From Pecten maximus (Eukaryota): a stretch of DNA of 64,000 bases. The stretch is from positions 41,106,001-41,170,000 of the forward strand of contig NC_047015.1 of assembly GCF_902652985.1 (NCBI RefSeq), read 5' to 3'. Positions 40,201 through 55,200 of the stretch are shown one piece after another (the stretch's first letter is position 1; each line of letters starts with the position of its first letter). A program made the translations under genes and the position numbers. Below the pieces are notes generated by a model. The model ran no database searches. It saw only the letters and a program-made list of their open reading frames with translations, and had not been told where the DNA came from.

Positions 40201-43200
40201 CATCATTCATGCAATATATATCCCATATGTATATCACAGACACAAATATATAGTATAATACGGTGTAGAACACACAAAATGAATACGGTTTAACAAATTT
40301 ATGGGACTACTGACCAGTGGGTCACTGTCTGAAGCTCCAATGGACATGACACTCGTTCCAATGCTGACCAACTCATTAAGCTGTCTGTAGTAATTAGTTG
40401 TGGTATTAAACTGAGGAGCATTAGGGTTTCGTATCACTGTCACAGTCAGAAATGCTGATCCACGCTTGGACGGAAATAGAGAATCGTACACTGACAATTC
40501 TACCTGAAAACAAAAAAGGTTTGATAATATTATTGTTTCTGAAATCATTTCTTTGCCATTTTCATTGAGAGTGAATGTAACTGACTGCACTGAAATATCA
40601 ACATAATCAAGCAAGCAAGCAGTATAAGTTCATGACAGAAACAAAAATCAGACTCAAACAAAATCAATATGTGTCGGGTACATTTGAGGACTTCATATTT
40701 TTAAATCAAGTGTAAAAATTGAAGTATCAACTGTTAAAGTCCTCTCTATCAAAATGCTGATTCCAAATATATATATATATATAAATTTACTTACTGTGTA
40801 GCGTACAAGGTTACTCGAGTCCTCACGCAAGTCACGGATTAGAGTTACTTCCCCTGAAGAACTATTCATTGCAAAGAAGCCTCTAGCTGGATATACTCCA
40901 GTGATTTCATACACAAGGACACCCTGGAAATAAGCAAGTTGATGAGATAACTGAGAGAATAAACAATGAAAATATAAAAGATATGTATATGTAGTTAAAT
41001 ACATATTTATTTGAAAATATACAAATACGATCAGTGAAACAATTCTCTAGTTAGGTAGAAACTTTCCAATTAACACTGTTACCACTCGATCACCCCCGAC
41101 ACGGCTCACTCTCTAGGAGTTTACATCCAGTAGGATATTTAGTGTTAATCCCAGGTTTCTAATATTTTTAAAGCAAAAATGTACTTACAGTAAGATCGGT
41201 GTCCCGAGCTGAGGTTAAGTAAACCCGTGAATTGACTGTGTGAGTCTCCTGAAGCACAGCACTGTATGGAGCATTTAGGAAGATAGGGTTGGCGTCCAGG
41301 TCAATGTTGATGACCACATTAGCAAAGTCGGTTTTCTCGTTGACTCTTCGCTGGTCACGTGCATACACGGTAAACTGAAGCAGGTAAATATTAGGAATAT
41401 ATAGAACCGAAGACCAGTCTAAATTCCTTACACTTTCAGAGATAGCTGGTGAAAAATACTGTATGCTAGAATTGCACTGGGGCTCACAAGGTAGACTAGA
41501 ATAGTATACAGGTATTATCAATAGAGACTAGAACTGTACTGGGTATTATCTATAGAGACTAGAACTGTACTGGGTATTATCTATAGACTAGAACTGTACT
41601 GGGTATTATCTATAGAGACTAGAACTGTACTGGGTATTATCTATAGACTAGAACTGTACTGGGTATTATCTATAGAGACTAGAACTGTACTGGGTATTAT
41701 CTCTAGGGACTAGAACTATACTGGGTATTATCTATAGACTAGAACTGTACTGGGTATTATCTCTAGGGACTAGAACTATACTGGGTATTATCTATAGAGA
41801 CTAGAACTGTACTGGGTATTATCTATAGAGACTAGAACTGTACTGGGTATTATCTATAGAGACTAGAACTGTACTGGGTATTATCTATAGACTAGAACTG
41901 TACTGGGTATTATCTCTAGGGACTACAACTATACTGGGTATTCTCTATAGGGACTAGAACTGTACTGGGTATTATCAATAGACTAGAACTGTACTGGGTA
42001 TTATCTATAGAGACTAGAACTGTACTGGGTATTATCTATAGACTACAACTGTACTGGGTATTATCTATAGAGACTAGAACTGTACTGGGTATTATCTATA
42101 GACTAGAACTATACTGGGTATTATCTATAGAGACTAGAACTATACTGGGTATTATCTCTAGGGACTACAACTGTACTGGGTATTATCTATAGACTAGAAC
42201 TGTACTGGGTATTATCTATAGAGACTAGAACTGTACTGGGTATTATCTATAGACTAGAACTGTACTGGGTATTATCTATAGAGACTAGAACTGTACTGGG
42301 TATTATCTATAGAGACTAGAACTATACTGGGTATTATCTATAGACTAGAACTGTACTGGGTATTATCTATAGAGACTAGAACTGTACTGGGTATTATCTA
42401 TAGAGACTAGAACTGTACTGGGTATTATCTATAGACCAGAACTGTACTGGGTATTATCTATAGACTAGAACTATACTGGGTATTATCTATAGACTAGAAC
42501 TGTACTGGGTATTATCTATAGAGACTAGAACTGTACTGGGTATTATCTATAGAGACTAGAACTGTACTGGGTATTATCTATAGACTAGAACTGTACTGGG
42601 TATTATCTATAGAGACTAGAACTGTACTGGGTATTATCTATAGAGACTAGAACTGTACTGGGTATTATCTATAGAGACTAGAACTGTACTGGGTATTATC
42701 TATAGAGACTAGAACTATACTGGGTATTATCTATAGACTACAACTGTACTGGGTATTATCTATAGAGACTAGAACTGTACTGGGTATTATCTATAGACTA
42801 GAACTGTACTGGGTATTATCTATAGACTAGAACTGTACTGGGTATTATCTATAGACTAGAACTATACTGGGTATTATCTATAGAGACTAGAACTGTACTG
42901 GGTATTATCTATAGAGACTAGAACTGTACTGGGTATTATCTATAGACTAGAACTATACTGGGTATTATCTATAGACTAGAACTGTACTGGGTATTATCTA
43001 TAGAGACTAGAACTGTACTGGGTATTATCTATAGAGACTAGAACTGTACTGGGTATTATCTATAGACTAGAACTGTACTGGGTATTATCTATAGGGACTA
43101 GAACTGTACTGGGTATTATCTATAGGGACTAGAACTGTACTGGGTATTATCTATAGGGACTAGAACTATACTGGGTATTATCTATAGAGACTAGAACTAT

Positions 43201-46200
43201 ACTGGGTATTATCTATAGAGACTAGAACTATACTGGGTATTATCTATAGACTAGAACTATACTGGGTATTATCTATAGACTAGAACTATACTGGGTATTA
43301 TCTATAGGGACTAGAACTGTACTGGGTATTATCTATAGACTAGAACTGTACTGGGTATTATCTATAGACTAGAACTATACTGGGTATTATCTATAGACTA
43401 GAACTGTACTGGGTATTATCTATAGACTAGAACTGTACTGGGTATTATCTATAGACTAGAACTATACTGGGTATTATCTATAGACTAGAACTGTACTGGG
43501 TATTATCTATAGAGACTAGAACTGTACTGGGTATTATCTATAGAGACTAGAACTGTACTGGGTATTATCTATAGGGACTAGAACTGTACTGGGTATTATC
43601 TATAGAGACTAGAACTGTACTGGGTATTATCTATAGACTAGAACTGTACTGGGTATTATCTATAGACTAGAACTATACTGGGTATTATCTATAGACTAGA
43701 ACTGTACTGGGTATTATCTATAGAGACTAGAACTGTACTGGGTATTATCTATAGAGACTAGAACTGTACTGGGTATTATCTATAGAGACTAGAACTGTAC
43801 TGGGTATTATCTATAGACTAGAACTGTACTGGGTATTATCTATAGACTAGAACTGTACTGGGTATTATCTATAGACTAGAACTGTACTGGGTATTATCTA
43901 TAGACTAGAACTGTACTGGGTATTATCTATAGACTAGAACTGTACTGGGTATTATCTATAGACTAGAACTGTACTGGGTATTATCTATAGAGACTAGAAC
44001 TGTACTGGGTATTATCTATAGACTAGAACTGTACTGGGTATTATCTATAGAGACTAGAACTGTACTGGGTATTATCTATAGACTAGAACTGTACTGGGTA
44101 TTATCTATAGGGACTAGAACTGTACTGGGTATTATCTATAGACTAGAACTGTACTGGGTATTATCTATAGACTAGAACTGTACTGGGTATTATCTATAGA
44201 CTAGAACTGTACTGGGTATTATCTATAGACTAGAACTGTACTGGGTATTATCTATAGACTAGAACTGTACTGGGTATTATCTATAGAGACTAGAACTGTA
44301 CTGGGTATTATCTATAGAGACTAGAACTGTACTGGGTATTATCTATAGACTAGAACTATACTGGGTATTATCTATAGGGACTAGAACTGTACTGGGTATT
44401 ATCTATAGAGACTAGAACTGTACTGGGTATTATCTATAGACTAGAACTATACTGGGTATTATCTATAGAGACTAGAACTGTACTGGGTATTATCTATAGA
44501 CTAGAACTGTACTGGGTATTATCTATAGACTAGAACTGTACTGGGTATTATCTATAGGGACTAGAACTGTACTGGGTATTATCTATAGAGACTAGAACTG
44601 TACTGGGTATTATCTATAGACTAGAACTGTACTGGGTATTATCTATAGACTAGAACTGTACTGGGTATTATCTATAGAGACTAGAACTGTACTGGGTATT
44701 ATCTATAGACTAGAACTGTACTGGGTATTATCTATAGAGACTAGAACTGTACTGGGTATTATCTATAGACTAGAACTATACTGGGTATTATCTATAGACT
44801 AGAACTGTACTGGGTATTATCTATAGAGACTAGAACTGTACTGGGTATTATCTATAGACTAGAACTGTACTGGGTATTATCTATAGAGACTAGAACTGTA
44901 CTGGGTATTATCTATAGACTAGAACTGTACTGGGTATTATCTATAGACTAGAACTATACTGGGTATTATCTATAGAGACTAGAACTGTACTGGGTATTAT
45001 CTATAGACTAGAACTGTACTGGGTATTATCTATAGACTAGAACTGTACTGGGTATTATCTATAGGGACTAGAACTGTACTGGGTATTATCTATAGAGACT
45101 AGAACTGTACTGGGTATTATCTATAGACTACAACTGTACTGGGTATTATCTATAGACTAGAACTGTACTGGGTATTATCTATAGACTAGAACTGTACTGG
45201 GTATTATCTATAGACTAGAACTATACTGGGTATTATCTATAGACTACAACTGTACTGGGTATTATCTATAGACTAGAACTGTACTGGGTATTATCTATAG
45301 ACTAGAACTATACTGGGTATTATCTATAGAGACTAGAACTGTACTGGGTATTATCTATAGACTAGAACTGTACTGGGTATTATCTATAGACTACAACTGT
45401 ACTGGGTATTATCTATAGGGACTAGAACTGTACTGGGTATTATCTATAGACTAGAACTGTACTGGGTATTATCTATAGAGACTAGAACTGTACTGGGTAT
45501 TATCTATAGACTAGAACTGTACTGGGTATTATCTATAGACTAGAACTGTACTGGGTATTATCTATAGACTAGAACTGTACTGGGTATTATCTATAGAGAC
45601 TAGAACTATACTGGGTATTATCTATAGAGACTAGAACTGTACTGGGTATTATCTATAGGGACTAGAACTATACTGGGTATTATCTATAGAGACTAGAACT
45701 GTACTGGGTATTATCTATAGAGACTAGAACTATACTGGGTATTATCTATAGAGACTAGAACTGTACTGGGTATTATCTATAGACTAGAACTGTACTGGGT
45801 ATTATCTATAGAGACTAGAACTGTACTGGGTATTATCAATAGACTAGAACTGTACTGGGTATTATCTATAGACTAGAACTATACTGGGTATTATCTATAG
45901 AGACTAGAACTATACTGGGTATTATCTATAGAGACTAGAACTGTACTGGGTATTATCTATAGACTAGAACTGTACTGGGTATTATCTATAGAGACTAGAA
46001 CTGTACTGGGTATTATCTATAGACTAGAACTGTACTGGGTATTATCTATAGAGACTAGAACTGTACTGGGTATTATCTCTAGGGACTACAACTATACTGG
46101 GTATTCTCTATAGAGACTAGAACTGTACTGGGTATTATCTTTAGACTAGAACTATACTGGGTATTATCAATAGACTAGAACTGTACTGGGTATTATCTAT

Positions 46201-49200
46201 AGAGACTAGAACTGTACTGGGTATTATCTATAGACTAGAACTGTACTGGGTATTATCTATAGAGACTAGAACTGTACTGGGTATTATCTATAGAGACTAG
46301 AACTGTACTGGGTATTATCAATAGACTAGAACTGTACTGGGTATTATCTATAGAGACTAGAACTGTACTGGGTATTATCTATAGGGACTAGAACTATACT
46401 GGGTATTATCTATAGGGACTAGAACTATACTGGGTATTATCTATAGAGACTAGAACTGTACTGGGTATTATCTATAGAGACTAGAACTGTACTGGGTATT
46501 ATCTATAGGGACTAGAACTGTACTGGGTATTATCTATAGACTAGAACTGTACTGGGTATTATCTATAGACTAGAACTGTACTGGGTATTATCTATAGGGA
46601 CTAGAACTGTACTGGGTATTATCTATAGAGACTAGAACTGTACTGGGTATTATCTATAGAGACTAGAACTGTACTGGGTATTATCTTTAGACTAGAACTA
46701 TACTGGGTATTATCAATAGACTAGAACTGTACTGGGTATTATCTATAGAGACTAGAACTGTACTGGGTATTATCTTTAGACTAGAACTATACTGGGTATT
46801 ATCTATAGAGACTAGAACTGTACTGGGTACTTACATTGTATTGGACAGTTGGTGTGTTGGTTAAGAGTTTGTTGAGGAAGATATTTCCAGTGTCTCTGTC
46901 AATTCTAAAGTACTCTAGGCCAGTCGGAGTACCTGTCATTCTGTACACAGGAATATCCTGTAAACAAATAAAAATAAACACACTTAAAAAACTGATTCCC
47001 CATGCACTCATAAATTAATCAATAATTCTTCAATTCACAACACTGAAATGCACATGTATGTTTCATTTCTACTTCCGTTTCATTTCTACTTCCATTGCCA
47101 ATCTTTTTTTTTATTATTTAAATCGTGAAAGATTTTTCCTGTGTCTACTGCACAATCTTAAGAGACTACTGGAGTAAGGAATCCATAAGGTCAAACTGCA
47201 AGGGAAATATTGTTTATTTTTGTTGTTTACTCTGTAGTACACTATCAGTAGTACCTACAATGTAACACCATCAGTAGTACCTACAATGTAACACCATCAG
47301 TAGTACCTACAATGTAACACCATCAGTAGTACCTACAATGTAACACTATCAGCAGTACCTACAATGTAACACCATCAGTGTACCTACAATGTAACACTAT
47401 CAGTAGTACCTACAATGTAACACCATCAGTAGTACCTACAATGTAACACCATCAATAGTACCTACAATGTAACACCATCAGTAGTACCTACAATGTAACA
47501 CCATCAATAGTACCTACAATGTAACACCATCAGTAGTACCTACAATGTAACACCATCAGTAGTACCTACAATGTAACACCATCAGTAGTACCTACAATGT
47601 AACACCATCAGTAGTACCTACAATGTAACACCATCAATAGTACCTACAATGTAACACCATCAGTAGTACCTACAATGTAACACCATCAGTAGTACCTACA
47701 ATGTAACACCATCAGTAGTACCTACAATGTAACACTATCAGTAGTACCTACAACGTACTTATGCCACTCCAGTATACCTCCACTTACCCCATTAAGGTCG
47801 ACTGCGGTTGTATTGATGACCAATATACCAAAGTCTGACTTTTGGTCAACGGTGACAACATAGTCACGCAGCAGGAACTCGGGTTTAAAGGCATTGCGGA
47901 TTACTGTCACTGTAACATCAGCTGTAGCCCTGTACTGGGATTCACCAGTGTCAAAGGTCATGACCTTGAACTGCAAATAACAGTTTCATATAACTATACA
48001 GTATAGCAGGTGACATTTGTTTGTTTTTTTCTTGTATGGTATTAGTTTTGTGTTACAGTGCTTTTTTTAAATACAAAAAAAGGAAGAAAAAACAGAAGAA
48101 AAAAAATATTAAAAAAAGAAAATGTTCCCATTTATTACTTACAATAAATATATAATTACTGGGTATAATTATAAAATATCAATACATCATCTAAAATATT
48201 GCAACACTGTGCTAAAAAATCTTAATAAATAAACTGTTAATTTACATATGGAACATTCATAATCATTGCATTAATTAAAATTGAAACACTTACTCTGTAG
48301 GTGATGTCGAGCTCATTAAAAACAGACTTAGCTAGAGTGATCTCCCCTGATGTGGAATTTAATGAGAAGAATGCACTTCCTGGCACAACTACTTCATACA
48401 CCACTTGACCCTGTAAATTTTTATCATTGTTAAACAAAGACAATTCAAATTGAAATTACATTTAATATCATAATTATTCATTAATAAATAACTTCTTTAT
48501 ATTCAATTTTATTCCACATAAAAGTTTGTACTGACTTCTACGGAGTTATATAGACAATACAGATTTATATTTCTTTTTAAACATTACTTTTAGATAAATG
48601 TACATATAATTTTTAAACTACCACACTAGGAAAATGTTTTCATTTTTATTCTAAAGAAGCATCAGTAAAAAATTCAAACATCCTTCAAACACATCTTAAT
48701 AGGAAATGATAAATATGTTCTTTTTTTTTTTCATTTGAGATCCACACCGATAGTTTGCTTAAATAAACATTTTGACTTAGAGAGCGAGAGTATGTTGTTG
48801 TACTTACCAGAGGAGAATTGTCTATGGCAGATACTGCTAAAACAAGGCTGTTGACAGCTTTGTCCTCATTGATAACGGCCGAGTAAGAAGAGTTCCTAAA
48901 GAAAGGAGGAAAGCCCTGTCTGTTGATGTTGATGGTCACTGATGTGTTGGCACATCTCACTGGTGTTCCAGTGTCACAGGCTTGCACTCCAAGCTGTAAA
49001 CACAACAGAATATGTACCATCCCAGAGCAGTTTTTCTTCTCTTTAATATGGTCTAGATTTCATTGAAAACCTTTGGCTGATAAACATTTCATTTTAAAAT
49101 ATTATTTTTTGTTTGTTTTTTTAATTTAAACATTTATTATAAAATTTTTACTGCATTACATTTTCAGCCAATACTTCATCCTTGGTTAATATTTTTTCTC

Positions 49201-52200
49201 AGGATAATAACACCATTTATTGACCTTATAAAAAGGCTATAACTGTATATGAGAGACTGTAATAAACTTACAACAAAGCGTGTGATGTCTGTGCTTAGTA
49301 TACTCTGTCTAAGATACAAGCGTCCAGTTTCAGTATCAATATAAAAATAGTTAGCTGCACCCTGATCCAATGTTCTCTGGATCTGTTCATCAACGATGGA
49401 GTAGGAAATATCATCCTGAAAAAAAGGGAATCTTATCAATTTGTTACCATAACAACTGGTTTTTTCCCAGGATGTTTCTTTTCTGTTTTTAGGATACAAA
49501 TACCACATAACACGGGCCATAACTTGATTAAAAAATTTAAAGTGCTAAAATGTGATATTCATGAAAACGCTTACTGCTGCATCCATTTCTTAACACGCCT
49601 GTAAACACTTACATGATTGTCATTGTCTGTGGCTACAACATCGACGACAGATGTGAAAGGGGCATGATCCTCGCGAATATTTGCAGTGTAGCTTGGAAGC
49701 GACCAGATTGGTGGGTTCGAATTACGGGTAATGGTGATTTCCACTGTACCTGTACCCAAATTGTTCGGCCTCAAGCTGTCGTAGGCCACAACCAAATACT
49801 GAAACAAACATTACATCAAACTCAAGAATCGGACAGATATGACTGAGTAGAGTTCCTTATTGATATTAAATTTTACAACACTAAGAGGGGAAATTGCTGT
49901 TAAATATATTCAAATCTACATAAAGTATTAAATGAGAAGAAACCATGCATGCACTTTCAGGTATTATATCATAACTGTTACAGTATTCTAAAGATTATTA
50001 ATTATAGTACTTGTAAATATTTCATAAAAACTTGATAATGAAACATGGCAGCTGGTCAGCTCATACCGGGAAGTAGATTTGATGGTCCATCAAACACTTT
50101 TTGATTCAAAACAGTAGTGTCTAAGGCAGTAAAATATTGAAAATTACAATAAAATTCAACATTTACTGTTTTAGATTTAAAAGACTTCAAATTGATTAAG
50201 CACATATCACACGAGCTATACATTGGACCTTTTAAATCATTTCAAGGACTAAAGTGAAAATATATTTAAACACATATATTTGAAAGTTGAGCATCCAGGG
50301 CCCTTAAAACAAGTGAGAGCTTTAAGGCAAGTACCGTAAATTGACTGTACTGGACAGCGTCTGGAGTAATGAGGCTTTTCTGCAGTAAAATTTGTCCACT
50401 GTCTTCGTTCACGGAGAAGAAAGATGGCGCGGGATAGTTACCAATAGCCCTGTATTTAACTGATCCCTGAAAAATAAAAATAAAATCATTGTTTATATCG
50501 TATATGAAAAACAAATAAAATAGACAAAATAAAATCATTATTTATTATATAATAATATTATATAATATAATATATATATATAAAAAAAGATTATATATAA
50601 TAATAATAAGTTTTACAATATAAAAGAAAAAGATTATCATTTATATAATATACAAAAAAAATCATAATTCATATAACTTTTTACAAAATCATTATTTATA
50701 AATTATAAAAAAAAAATCATTAAAATTATTTATAATATATGTACATGATATACAAAAAAATATCATTATTTAATATAAAACAAAAAACAAAGATTTACCT
50801 TCACATCGGCATCAGTAGCACGGATAGTTCGAACAGGGTCAAGAACATCCGTTGTCTCTGGGATTATCACAATGTATTTATTGTCATTAGGTTCAAAGTC
50901 TGGGGTAAACAGGTCCCTCAAGACAGTAATGGACACGCCCACTAGGGTTGTACGTAGCGGTTGACGGTCATCTGTAGCTTGTACCGTCATCTGAAATAAA
51001 GACAAAATGATATTTAAACGAGATCAAGCTCAGCTTGATGGACTATTTAAAAATTGTGTAAAAATCTACTCCTCCTAAATGTATTCAACTACAATTTAAC
51101 ATTCCATATCTTATAACTATTTCATCTATATCATCAAATTTTGACAGATAAGCGTACTAATGAATTGGCACACTCAGATGCTATTGGGCTAGTAAAAAGA
51201 GCTATTTATAAATAGTACAAAGGCTGTATTTAGTACAAAAAGCAATCATGATTTATCACAATGCTTACTGTGAGAAAAGCACAAAATCAAGATTACTGCT
51301 AAAACATGTACAGTATAGGGATGTCAGTCTGTACCAACAGAGTTTAATGATCAAAATGTATGTTACACATTATATCTAATTATGGTAATACATGTACAGT
51401 CAATTCATAAAAAAAATAAACAACAACAGTTCACCTGGAAAGAGAGTCTGCGATTTGGGTCGTTCATCAGGGAGGATTTGATGGTCAGCACACCTGTGGA
51501 CGGAGCCAGGTAGAAATAGGGGTCAGCTTGAGAGGGCAAGGCTGTGTAGGTCATTGTGTCCTGTTTAAACAGAGAGATAAATCACTGCATCAGCTGTTGG
51601 TAGGTAATAAAACAATACTTAATTAATCTAAACTTTATATATATTACTACGCGACACAGAATATAAACACTAATCTAAACTTTATATATGTTACTACACA
51701 ACACAGAATATAAACACTAATCTAAACTTTATATATGTTACTACACGACACAGAATATAAACACTAATCTAAACTTTACAAACATGAGTATCAAAGACAA
51801 CCTTGCACTATTTCTATATATTTTAGTATATTTGTATTAGCTTTGGTAGACATAAAATAATAAAACTTACGCCATCGTTATCAGAAGCCATCACTTGTAA
51901 AATAGATACTCCTATCGCAATGGTTTCGTTGACTGTGACAGAATAGGATGTCTGATTAAACTGGGGAGCAAAGCGATTACGTATCACACCAATGGTAACT
52001 GTGGCTGTGGCTCGGTCTTCTGGGTACTGGGAGTCATACGCCTCGACCACCAGCTGTAAACACACACGCAAACTTATATATACAATAAAGTGGTCAAATC
52101 AAGTTTAACAACCAAATCTTTACTGATTTATAATGAGGGTTATGAAATGAAAATATCAAAACATATTTCAAGCATTGTCAGAATTAAATGAATTAAAATG

Positions 52201-55200
52201 ATTCTTTTCAGACTCTACTTTTAAATAACTGTGAATTCCTTACAAAGTATTCTGTGTTGATTTCATATTTCAGGTTGCTTTGAACGGTCACATTTCCTGT
52301 GCGGCTATCAACGTGGAAGAAGAAAGGTGCAGAGTTGTCTCCCACTACCTGATATACCATATATCCCTGCAAATATGAAGATCAAGTTTAACATGCTGGT
52401 ATAAAAATGAAATATACATAAGTGTCAATCACCCCAGATTATGCAGGGTAGTGATGGAATATCATTAAAATTGCACGGGGGGGGGGGGTATTTTAAGATA
52501 AACAGTACTTAACATTTACACGAGGGGAGGGGAGGGTGTTATTTTATTTTAGGATAAATAAGGTAAAATAAATAAATTCACGATCCCAGACTTACCTGCA
52601 TATCCAAGTCCCGAGCAGTTACCGTGATGACGGAGGTGGAAACAGCACTGTTCTCATCCAGGCCCTGGAGGTTGTACGGTGTGTTTTGGAATTCTGGAGA
52701 ATTGCTGTTACGATTCACATTGACGTTAACCAATGCGATGCTAGATTTCTCAAATGGATACCTCTGATCACGAACTCTGACATTCATCTGAAGAGAAGAC
52801 AAATTTGTCAGTAAGCTATGCACTCTTAAACAATGTACAGGAACGATGTATTAGACATTATTCTTCCACTTTTAAGATTAGAAACTAATTGAATACATTC
52901 CTCTCTGTCAGCATGCAGGTTTTCATTCTTGTGAGGTTCATAACATACCTGATACAGTGTGGGCCTATCAGAATCACTTTGAAGGAATCTGGTAACCATG
53001 AGGTAGCCGGTATCAGGATTAATGGAAAAGTAGGCCAGTGCCTTAACTGACTGCAGAGTACCCGTTGACAACAGCTCATATCGTAGTGTGTCCTGAAATT
53101 ACAATAGTCATATAACTCCATAATTAGACTGCACAGTCATCTAATATCTAACGATAGTCATATAACTCCATAATTAGACTGCACAGTCATCTAATATCTA
53201 ACGATAGTCATATAACTCCATAATTACACTGCACAGTCATCTAATATCTAACAATATTAACAAATAGCATAACATTTAGAAATATTACATGTTGAAGGTA
53301 GAAAGTTGCAGCACTCGACTCCAGGATACTTACGCCATCTCCATCTGAGGCTGTGATGTTCACGATGTTGGTTCCCACAGGAATGTATTCCCAAACAGTG
53401 ACACTAGCACTGCTGACGACTGGCTCGTTTATATTGTGCGCCACACTTACAGTCAGAGTACCTGTAGCCGTCTTCCCTGGGCTGCCAGAATCATAGGCTG
53501 TCAGAATCACCTGAAAATTTTACTTGTCCATTAACCCTAATGTATGAAAGAATTAGTGTACGCGCATCTATCACTTTCCTCTCTTATTATCCAGAAGACA
53601 ATATCAATATTAATTTTCTCCTTTGAAGGTCTTGCATTAATAATACCTTTTAAAGTTAGTCGTGTTTCAATAAAATCTCGAGGGAAGAAATAATTGAGCA
53701 GCATACTAGAGGAACCAGGATACACTTACTAGATATTGTTCCACAATGTCCATTTTAAGGTCAAGCTGGACAAAAACTTCTCCAGTTGAGTTGTTTACTC
53801 GGAAAAATTTCGGTGAGTTGTACTCTCCTACTATATTGTAAACCATTTGTCCCTGTAAACAAATCAAAACATTTAGTATGACAAGCCATTTCGATCATTT
53901 GAAGAAAAAATTGTTTACTATAGCAAAAAGAAAAGAGAAAATGATAGTTTATTTTCAATTATATACATGCAAGAATCCTAAAAAATTATATTCATGTTTT
54001 CACAAACATTCCTGTAAAAGTTCAGCTACAAATCCTAGTTTACATTTCTGTTCCTGTTTAAAGAGATTATTCAAACCTGCAAGTCTTGGTCATTGGCAGT
54101 GACAGTGAAAATCGACTGTGTCAGCGGGTTTGTCTCTTGGATGTTCCTGGTCGCAGGGAGGTTGGTAAAATTAGGCTGCTCGTCTCTATCTACCGTAATT
54201 ATAACATTGGCTGTATCCTCCTTGTTTCCTACATCACGCACTGTTACAGTAAACTGAAAATAGAATCAGCATCGATTGAGATACGAACCATTTAAAAAAA
54301 AATAATAATAAAAAAAAGAAATCTGATGTAAAGTTAAATAGTTCAATGATTAAGTTTTGTCCACATATTTGAAATTTGTGAGATACATTCCATTCATTTT
54401 CAATACATACTCTTTTATTTATACACTTACTGTGAACTGATTGTAAATAGAGGAAGTCAAAATTTGTCGGAGGGAGATGAGGCCATTTTCTGGGTTGACA
54501 TAGAAATAGTCCTTATCTTGTTGATCAGCTGCTGCATCCATGTAGAAAGCAAGCTTATCCTAGTAACAAAAAGTTACACAAATGTTACCATAGTAAAACA
54601 AAAAGTTACACAAATGTTAGTTACTATAGTATAAACCAATGTTACCATAGTAACAAACAGAATAAACAAATGTTACCATTGTAAGAAAAAAATATTACAC
54701 AGGTGTTACCAGAGTAACAAAAACTGACACAAATGTTACGGCTAAGGATTGCATAAATGCTTCCATAGTAACAAATGGTTACACAAAAAAGTTTACACCC
54801 CAAATGTTACCATGGAAACAAAAAGTTACACATATTGCCATGGTAACAAAAAGTAACACAAATTTAAATGTTAGAACAGTTATAAGAAAATACTACACAT
54901 GTCAAATTTTATTCTAGTAACAAAAATTCAATAAGGCAGACAACCTTTTTAACACAAGACTCTTAGAAGATTGCTGAAATAAATTCTAAATCACCTTATT
55001 CCTGACAATATTGTACTTTGAATTCAAAGATTCACTGTTTTAGCTAATCTCTTTGAAATTAAAAAAAAAAACTAGTTTATATCTGGGAAATTTCTAAACT
55101 AAAATTAGATCTAAAATGTAAGTCATGGTTACAAAGCAGAGAAAACAGAAAACTGTCTTACATTGTCAGCATCAGTAGCATTGAGCTGGACAACAGAAGT

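Noticed and set aside
41495-46829. CRISPR-like array (also considered for the 32-, 39-, 40- and 47-bp arrays)
   Set aside because: The repeats are head-to-tail with no unique spacers, there are no cas genes, and the context is a eukaryotic intron.
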